Assembly: GCA_050294405.1 (NCBI GenBank)
Contig: JBNKOC010000012.1
Coordinates: forward strand, 320,001 to 384,000
Direction: 5' to 3'
From: Fibrobacteria bacterium
Lineage (GTDB): Bacteria; Fibrobacterota; Fibrobacteria; UBA11236; JADFYW01
Length of the DNA stretch: 64,000 nt
Shown in pieces: positions 57,492-64,000 of the stretch (the stretch's first letter is position 1; every line of letters starts with the position of its first letter). A program made the position numbers and the translations under genes. The notes under the pieces are model-generated. The model did no database searches. It saw only the letters and a program-made list of their open reading frames with translations, and had not been told where the DNA came from.

Positions 57492-57496
57492 TTTTT

Positions 57497-59155
57497 TCAA
57501 CTGACCTTTCCAATTCCCAATCGTTTCGCCGTTTGGTACAGGTTGGAGCGATGAAGCCCTAAATCTTTTGCAGCAAGTGACCAGTTCCCATTTCTTTTTT
57601 GAACTCGGTTGAGAATTAAATCTCTTTTTAGTTTATCACAAGCTTGGTTTAAGGGCAGGTTTAAATAAACATTCAAAGATTGTTTGTTATAAGAGGAAAT
57701 AGGATTTGATACTTGTATATCTTCTTCTGCTTTCTCCGGCTCTTCCTGCTCGAAACTTTCTGAATCATATTGGTTGTGATTTAAACTAATAATGTCTAAA
57801 TCTCCTGGAGTCAATTCTAAAGGTTTATTTTTTTCTTGTTGTTTTAGGGATGCTTTAAGGATACCTCTGGATATTATGTTCCCTAATTCCCTAATATTTC
57901 CGGGCCAATTATATTCTAATAATAGCTTCCTGGTCTGAGTTGACATTCTCAATGCGCTTAAACCAAATTGAATTCTAAATTTATCTGTAAAGTAGGCCGC
58001 TAGCAGCAAAATATCTTTTCCTCTTTGCCGTAATGGAGGCACATAAAGTGGATAAACATGCAGGCGGTGGTATAAGTCTGAACGAAATTTTCCTTTGGCT
58101 ACTTCGCTTTCCAAATCCCTATTGGTTGCAGCAATTATGCGAACATTAACTTTAAGGGTTTTGTCGCTGCCAACCCTTTGAATTTCTCCTTCCTGGAGTA
58201 CCCGAAGTAATTTGCTTTGCACGCTATGTGGAAGTTCTCCCACTTCATCCAGGAATAAAGTTCCGCCATCTGCTATTTCAAATTTTCCGGACCTAGGTCC
58301 TTCTGAACCGGTAAATGCCCCTTTGGAGTGTCCAAATAACTCGCTTTCCGCAATAGTTTCTGGTAGGGCGGCGCAATTCACATATATCATGGCTTGTTCC
58401 GAACGCTTGGATGACTGATGTATGCTTCTTGCGACTCGCTCTTTTCCTACTCCTGTTTCTCCCAATATTAACACAGCTAGATCTGTTTTACTTACTAATT
58501 CAATTTCCTGCTTTAACTTTTGTATTACGCTGGAGGTTCCTATAATGTTTCCTCCCTCCCTGTCTTGGGCATCTTTCATTAAATCTTGAACTAATTTTCC
58601 TTGTTTTTCTGCCTGCTGCTGAACCGTATCCAAAAGTGTGCGGGATTGTAATAGCAAACTGGCGAGAGCGCCGACCATTGAAAGTTCATCCTGATCTAAA
58701 TAATCAAATTGATGAGGTTCTAGGGAATCTGCGGTAAGAACCCCTATTAATTCGTTTTTTGTCCTAAGTGGAATTCCCATACATGCGTGAATGCGGCTAT
58801 GAGTTGAGTTCGTATCAAAAAGGAAACCATCAAATGGATCAGGCAAATTAGATTCAGGAGGGAATTGAATGGTTCCCTCTGATTCACTTATTAGTTGCAA
58901 ACGAGGGTGCTTTTTAATGGTGTATTTTCTAATACTTGCCTCTTCAGAAAGGCCAATTGTAGCTTGAGGAACTAATTGGCCCTCTTCCATTTTGAAGAAT
59001 ACTGAAGCTTCAAAAGGTATGATGCTACGCAAAGTCTCCAAAAACCTTAAATAGGGATTAGGCGCGGTTAAGTAGAAGCTGAGATCTTGAGTCATTTTTA
59101 GTAATGAGTTTAATTTTCCAATGACTCCCGCTTCTGGATGTTCTGAGGTTTTCAT
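57497..59155 (-). CDS. norR: NO-sensing sigma54 activator NorR (GAF-AAA+-HTH)
   Basis: GAF with HPRL, LPDPFDG, HACMG, LTADS (non-heme Fe ligands). GETGVGKE, ESELFGH, GAFTGS, WPGNIREL, Fis-type HTH. Start moved to ATG 59155. Confidence 0.9.
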   Translation of the reverse strand: MKTSEHPEAGVIGKLNSLLKMTQDLSFYLTAPNPYLRFLETLRSIIPFEASVFFKMEEGQLVPQATIGLSEEASIRKYTIKKHPRLQLISESEGTIQFPPESNLPDPFDGFLFDTNSTHSRIHACMGIPLRTKNELIGVLTADSLEPHQFDYLDQDELSMVGALASLLLQSRTLLDTVQQQAEKQGKLVQDLMKDAQDREGGNIIGTSSVIQKLKQEIELVSKTDLAVLILGETGVGKERVARSIHQSSKRSEQAMIYVNCAALPETIAESELFGHSKGAFTGSEGPRSGKFEIADGGTLFLDEVGELPHSVQSKLLRVLQEGEIQRVGSDKTLKVNVRIIAATNRDLESEVAKGKFRSDLYHRLHVYPLYVPPLRQRGKDILLLAAYFTDKFRIQFGLSALRMSTQTRKLLLEYNWPGNIRELGNIISRGILKASLKQQEKNKPLELTPGDLDIISLNHNQYDSESFEQEEPEKAEEDIQVSNPISSYNKQSLNVYLNLPLNQACDKLKRDLILNRVQKRNGNWSLAAKDLGLHRSNLYQTAKRLGIGKVS

Positions 59156-59285
59156 AGACGTCCGTTGGTTATGCTTATAATAACATGTTATGAAAATAAT
59201 ACGAATCGTGTTATGAAATTCATAAGACATTTTGTCAAAGTCCTTATGAAACCCCGTTTTTAAGCAAATTTCGGCATTTTTTTAC

Positions 59286-59301
59286 TGGCATATCCTTTGC
59301 C
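59286..59301 (+). promoter_or_regulatory. sigma54 -24/-12 promoter of norCBQD
   Basis: TGGCATATCCTTTGCC is GG-N10-GC, divergent from norR. Confidence 0.85.
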
Positions 59302-59330
59302 TTAATAGAAGGTAAGATTAAGGAGGACTA

Positions 59331-60065
59331 ATGCTAAGTAAATCTCAGGCAAGGATCTTTTTTTTAGGTGGGACCATAGTTTTTGGCGGAATTTTTTTGG
59401 CACTAACATATGACTCCATGAAGCAGGTACCCAAACAAACCAAAGATCAGAACCTTACAGAAAATGTTGTAAAAGGAAAAGAATTGTGGGAAAAGAATAA
59501 TTGTATGGGCTGCCATACATTATTTGGAGAAGGCGCATATTATGCTCCTGAACTGACTCAAGTCGTGAAGCGAAGGGGGGAAGCCTGGATAAAGGCGTTT
59601 TTAAAAGATCCTCAGGCCATGTTTCCTGGGGAAAGAAAAATGGTTCAATATAATTTCACTGATTCTGAAATTAATAGCATATTCGAATTCTTAAATTGGT
59701 GCGGAGGCGTGGATTTAAATGGTTTTCCTGCTGACCCGCCTTTAAAGGAAAAAATGGGGTCTAAAAATGCAGTGGCGGCTACTGCCTCCAGCTCCGGGTT
59801 TAAATCCGAGCCGCCAGCTGTATTTTCTCAGATATGTATAGCATGTCACAGTATTAACGGTAGTGGAGGGGTAGTTGGTCCGGCTCTGGACCAAGTGGAT
59901 CAAAAATACAGCGAACAAGAATTAAAGGCCTGGCTTACCGACCCAAATGCCGTAAAACCAGGCACAAAAATGCCAAAATTACCGTTAACAACACAGCAAA
60001 TAGAAAGTTTAACATCGTTTCTGCTTAAACAGGAATCAAAAAATGCTTTGGAAGGAGATATGTAA
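59331..60065 (+). CDS. norC: nitric oxide reductase subunit C with extra C-terminal cytochrome c domain
   Basis: N-terminal TM, NCMGCHTLFGEGAYYAPELT, second heme CIACH..GPAL..PGTKMP. Confidence 0.92.
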   Translation: MLSKSQARIFFLGGTIVFGGIFLALTYDSMKQVPKQTKDQNLTENVVKGKELWEKNNCMGCHTLFGEGAYYAPELTQVVKRRGEAWIKAFLKDPQAMFPGERKMVQYNFTDSEINSIFEFLNWCGGVDLNGFPADPPLKEKMGSKNAVAATASSSGFKSEPPAVFSQICIACHSINGSGGVVGPALDQVDQKYSEQELKAWLTDPNAVKPGTKMPKLPLTTQQIESLTSFLLKQESKNALEGDM

Positions 60066-61393
60066 TGAAATATAAAAGTCAATCAATAGCATATTATTTT
60101 TTCGCGGCTTCCATGGCGCTATTTTGCCTGCAAATAGTATACGGGTTCATAATGGGTTTTGCCCATATGGGATTTGATGTGTTACACAATGTTATTCCAT
60201 TCAATACTGCCAGGGCTGTGCATACTAATTTATTAGTGGTTTGGTTGCTTACCGGGTTTATGGGGGCTGCCTATTACATTATTCCAGAAGAAAGTGATAA
60301 TGAGTTGTGGTCACCTAAACTGGCTTGGATTCAGTATTTTTCTCTTTTGCTGGTAGGAGTAGTGGCTGTTGCGGGTTATCATTTTAACTATTGGGAAGGA
60401 CGAAAATTTTTAGAAATTCCAAGAGAACTTGATTACCTTGTAGTAGTAAACGTATTAACTTTTTTGCTTAATATAGGTATGACCCTTTTTAAGGGTAAAC
60501 GCCACACCACCACGGCTCTTGTGTTATATATGGGTCTGTTGTTTGCCGCGTTGCTTTATTTACCTGGTATGATCACTTTTGACAACCAAACTTTGGATTC
60601 ATTTTACCGGTGGTGGGTGGTCCATTTATGGGTAGAAGGTGTATGGGAGTTAATTATGGGCGGAATTTTATGTTATCTCTTGATAAAACTGACAGGGGTG
60701 GATAGAGAAATTGTGGAAAAGTGGCTCTATGTTATTGTCGGTTTAACATTTCTGTCGGGAATTTTAGGTACAGGGCATCATTATTATTACATAGGAACTC
60801 CAAGATACTGGCTTTGGGTCGGGGGTGTTTTTTCTGCTCTTGAACCGCTCGCTTTTCTGGGAATGGCAATTTATGCGGTGGTGTTATCGAAAAACGGAGA
60901 AAGAAAACACGAAAATCGAATTGCTCTAACCTGGTCAGTAGGCTGTGCCATAATGTCTTTTGTAGGGGCGGGCTTTTTAGGGTTTGCCCATACATTGCCT
61001 CAGGTAAATATGTATACTCACGGCACATTGGTTACTGCAATGCATGGGCATCTGGCCTTTTGGGGAGCATATGCCATGATAGTTTTTGCAATTATTTCCT
61101 ATGCTATGCCGATTATGACGGGCAGAAAATTATTTAACAATCATATTTCAACCTTGGCGTTCTGGACCAGTAATATTGGGATAGTTGCCATGACCTGCGC
61201 ATTGGCAGTAGCTGGTGTAAGCCAAGTGGTTTTGGAAAGAAGATTGGGGTTGGATTTTCTTGCAGTCCAAAAAGAAATTGAGATGCACTTTCTTGGAATG
61301 GTGCTGGCCGCCTGCCTATTCACAATAGGTATTGGAGCATTTGTAATAAACTTCATAAAATACGGACTACCTAAAATGTCCGAGGTTCAATAG
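60065..61393 (+). CDS. norB: nitric oxide reductase subunit B (cNOR)
   Basis: RAVHTNL, WWVVHLWVEGVWE, GTGHHY, SALEP, TAMHGHLAF. Confidence 0.96.
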   Translation: MKYKSQSIAYYFFAASMALFCLQIVYGFIMGFAHMGFDVLHNVIPFNTARAVHTNLLVVWLLTGFMGAAYYIIPEESDNELWSPKLAWIQYFSLLLVGVVAVAGYHFNYWEGRKFLEIPRELDYLVVVNVLTFLLNIGMTLFKGKRHTTTALVLYMGLLFAALLYLPGMITFDNQTLDSFYRWWVVHLWVEGVWELIMGGILCYLLIKLTGVDREIVEKWLYVIVGLTFLSGILGTGHHYYYIGTPRYWLWVGGVFSALEPLAFLGMAIYAVVLSKNGERKHENRIALTWSVGCAIMSFVGAGFLGFAHTLPQVNMYTHGTLVTAMHGHLAFWGAYAMIVFAIISYAMPIMTGRKLFNNHISTLAFWTSNIGIVAMTCALAVAGVSQVVLERRLGLDFLAVQKEIEMHFLGMVLAACLFTIGIGAFVINFIKYGLPKMSEVQ

Positions 61394-61440
61394 AGGCTGT
61401 CTGAGTTTGATTTTGAACATGTTGAAATTAGGATGGTTTA

Positions 61441-62253
61441 ATGATAAATGGAAATAAATACAAAATGTTTGAAAAGGCGAAATCAAATGTTTATTACCAG
61501 GAAATAAAAAACGAATGTTTCTTGTTTCAACATGCCTTCGAATCCAAACTGCCCTTGATGATTAAGGGGCCCACAGGCTGCGGTAAAACCAGGTTTGTGG
61601 AATATATGGCGAATGAATTGAACCGGCCCCTAATTACAGTTTCCTGCAATGAAGATACCACGGTATCGGATTTATTAGGAAGGCACTTGTTTATAGGGGG
61701 AGAGACTAAATGGGCAGACGGTCCGGTAACCAGAGCCGTTCGCCAGGGAGCTATTTTGTATTTGGACGAATTTGTGGAGGCCAGAAGCGACACACTGGTT
61801 GCCATCCATTCATTAAGTGACCATCGCAGAACAATGTATTTGGATAGAACTTCCGAGACGATTAAGGCGCCGGATACATTTATGCTTATCGTGTCATTTA
61901 ATCCCGGTTACCAAAGGACACTAAAGGAGCTAAAGCCCTCAACCAGGCAACGCTTTGTGTCCTTGTCCTTTGACTATCCGGACGATAATGTGGAAGCCGA
62001 AATAATTAGCCATGAAAGTCAGGTAGAAATGGCTATTTCAAAAAAATTGGTTAAAATTGCAAAAAAAATCAGAGGCTTAAAGGAAATGAACTTACTGGAG
62101 GTTCCCTCTACCAGGTTGCTGATTGCTGCGGGAACCCTAATTTCCAGGGGGGTTCAGCCAAGGGAAGCGTGCCAGGCATCCATTTCTGAAATTCTTACAG
62201 ATGATGCGGATGTAATGAACGCCTTAAACCATTTAATCAGTTTAAACTTTTAG
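61441..62253 (+). CDS. norQ: CbbQ/NirQ/NorQ AAA+ ATPase
   Basis: KGPTGCGKTRFVE, DGPVTRAVR.G..YLDE, FNPGYQ, LKPSTRQRF, STRLLI. Confidence 0.93.
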   Translation: MINGNKYKMFEKAKSNVYYQEIKNECFLFQHAFESKLPLMIKGPTGCGKTRFVEYMANELNRPLITVSCNEDTTVSDLLGRHLFIGGETKWADGPVTRAVRQGAILYLDEFVEARSDTLVAIHSLSDHRRTMYLDRTSETIKAPDTFMLIVSFNPGYQRTLKELKPSTRQRFVSLSFDYPDDNVEAEIISHESQVEMAISKKLVKIAKKIRGLKEMNLLEVPSTRLLIAAGTLISRGVQPREACQASISEILTDDADVMNALNHLISLNF

Positions 62254-62261
62254 GAAGAAAG

Positions 62262-63989
62262 ATGATAGATTGGGAAGAGGGGTTGTATGTAGGGGCCCGT
62301 TCTTTCTATAAATCAATCTCAACTAAAATATTCAAGGACCCGAACGCTAATTCTAAAATTCTGTTGCAACCTTTAATTGGTAGCTTGCATATTTTTTCAA
62401 GATTAATATATCCTGAAAATTTTCAAATTTTTGAAACATCAGATCCTTATCTATTAAAAGATAAAAAAATCTGCCTCCCTCCTTCTGTAAGTGTATTTGG
62501 AAATTCAGATCTAAATACGAAAGCTTTGTTTTTTAATACAGCTTTGGCCGCGTGGTGTTACCAAGCTTTCAATGCGCCATTTGATTTAATAATTGAAGAC
62601 GCAATTATTAACAAATTTTTAATTGCCCATCCGGAATTCCGGGATTGGTGGAATGAGTTTCAAACAATTCCGGTTGAAGGGAATCCTAAAACAGCTGAAA
62701 AAATGAATGGCTTTTTTAAGGGCAGATTACAAAGAATGACTGAAGGGATTAATCCAAACTCTGATGACAATACCCAAGATTTAGAAGAATCGGAAGAAAG
62801 AGCTTGGACAGAAGAAATCAAAGGCAAAGGGCGTTTGGACGTTGAAAGATTAGAAGAGCAGAAGGACCCAAAGAGCGAAATGCCTTTCCATTCCTTTGAA
62901 AAAGTAGAGACCATAGATGAGTATGAAGGTGTTCCCAGAATGTCAGAAAATGAGTCAGATTTGCATGATAAGGAAGATGCTTTAGAGGAGTTAAACCTAA
63001 GGCATGTAATTCGCTCAAAAGAAAAAACCACTTCATTATACTCCGCTGAAATTTCTTTAAATTCAGGAGCGATGCAAATTGGAGGAAAGCCAAATGGCGG
63101 CATTCCCTATCCTGAATGGAATTACAAAAAATCCAGGTACTACAAAAACTGGTGTTATGTTAAAGAAAAAGAACCTTTAATTAGCTCAGAAGGCCTAGAA
63201 TGGGGCAAAAGCTGCCATGAAAAGTATGGACAACTGGTCGCCCACTCTAAAAGGCGCTTAGCAGCGCTTCAGGCTAATTTTCAAAAGAAAAAATCACAGC
63301 CTGACGGAGAAGAGTTTGATTTGGAATCTTTAGTGGATGCCCAGATTGAAATATTGCGAGGGAACTCTCCCGATGAAAAAGTATATGAAGACAGGAAGAA
63401 AACCCCCTTAAACGCATACATCCATTTTTTAATAGATACTTCATATTCAACCGAGGGGTTTTTTGGAGGAAAGCAAATTCTCGAACAGCTTAAAATGGCA
63501 GCCTATGTGCTGGGAAGTTCAATTGAAGAGTTTGTGGACTTATTCCAAATATCCGCATTTTCATCAGATACCAGGAAGAATTGCAATTTTATTCCTATAA
63601 AAAAAGTGGAAGAGCGGTTTGAAAGCTGCCTTGATACATTGGGCTCCATTGAACCTTTTGGATATACACGAATTGGCCCCGCCTTAAGGCATGCTAGTGC
63701 CCAAATGTCCAGAATTTCTTGCCAGCATAAAGCTGTGATTTTGTTATCTGATGGAAAGCCCAATGATTATGATACCTATGAAGGGATGTATGGGATTAAA
63801 GATATTCGAAAAGCCATTGCTGAAGCGGAAAAAGAGGGCGTTTTTACATATGCCATCGCTTACGATGAGAAAAGCGCCCAATATTTGCCGCAAATGTTCC
63901 GCAGAGGGATGTTTGGAAGGGTTAAGTCTTCTTTATCCCTTATTCAGACTGCTGCGCAAATAGCTTTTAAAATAAAATATGGAACTTGA
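62262..63989 (+). CDS. norD: nitric oxide reductase activation protein (vWA)
   Basis: YPEWNY, DGEEFDL, LIDTSYST, YTRIGPALRHA, LSDGKPND. Confidence 0.9.
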   Translation: MIDWEEGLYVGARSFYKSISTKIFKDPNANSKILLQPLIGSLHIFSRLIYPENFQIFETSDPYLLKDKKICLPPSVSVFGNSDLNTKALFFNTALAAWCYQAFNAPFDLIIEDAIINKFLIAHPEFRDWWNEFQTIPVEGNPKTAEKMNGFFKGRLQRMTEGINPNSDDNTQDLEESEERAWTEEIKGKGRLDVERLEEQKDPKSEMPFHSFEKVETIDEYEGVPRMSENESDLHDKEDALEELNLRHVIRSKEKTTSLYSAEISLNSGAMQIGGKPNGGIPYPEWNYKKSRYYKNWCYVKEKEPLISSEGLEWGKSCHEKYGQLVAHSKRRLAALQANFQKKKSQPDGEEFDLESLVDAQIEILRGNSPDEKVYEDRKKTPLNAYIHFLIDTSYSTEGFFGGKQILEQLKMAAYVLGSSIEEFVDLFQISAFSSDTRKNCNFIPIKKVEERFESCLDTLGSIEPFGYTRIGPALRHASAQMSRISCQHKAVILLSDGKPNDYDTYEGMYGIKDIRKAIAEAEKEGVFTYAIAYDEKSAQYLPQMFRRGMFGRVKSSLSLIQTAAQIAFKIKYGT

Positions 63990-64000
63990 ATCTTAATATC

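Noticed and set aside
59156..59230. ORF-track N-terminal extension of norR (and similar extensions at 512, 29454, 30948, 38488, 48852, 50464, 53441)
   Set aside because: The extensions overlap neighbouring genes, terminators or regulatory repeats. Downstream starts fit RBS or signal peptides better.
1..64000. Prophage, IS, integron, tRNA/rRNA or anti-phage defence system
   Set aside because: No integrase, transposase, phage structural, nuclease/defence domains or RNA gene signatures were recognised.

Overview
This is a gene-dense bacterial window of roughly 40% GC (judged by eye), with no mobile element, CRISPR array, rRNA or tRNA seen. It has five blocks. (1) 1-9.1 kb: molybdopterin genes (moaA partial, mobB-mobA fusion, moaD, moaE), a monoheme cytochrome c, a porin, hemY and a class II ribonucleotide reductase (nrdJ) with tandem NrdR boxes. 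(2) 9.4-24.1 kb, minus strand: a System II cytochrome c maturation cluster and a large candidate trans-envelope electron conduit. The conduit comprises a beta-barrel, an octaheme, a CbcL-like multiheme/cytochrome b fusion, a triheme, an NHL propeller, a 25-heme protein and two multiheme lipoproteins, with about 55 heme-binding motifs and two sigma54-type promoters. (3) 24.5-33.9 kb: an A1-type heme-copper oxidase operon whose K-proton-channel residues are all substituted, followed by a cupredoxin-like protein, GGDEF, Usp, Hpf, PRC-barrel, an untracked 37-aa membrane peptide and a cytochrome c. (4) 34.1-57.5 kb: a phosphate-starvation island with phoBR, an OlsB-like acyltransferase, TPR, a TonB-dependent receptor, a 1489-aa four-repeat lipoprotein, a second OmpR-family regulator, a dedicated TonB/ExbBD set, a porin and pstSCAB-phoU. 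(5) 57.5-64 kb: norR divergent from norCBQD. A TGTCA-N3-TGACA palindrome recurs in front of the respiratory genes, and 11-bp direct repeats recur in front of the Pho-island genes. All family calls come from motif recognition by eye; no database searches were run.
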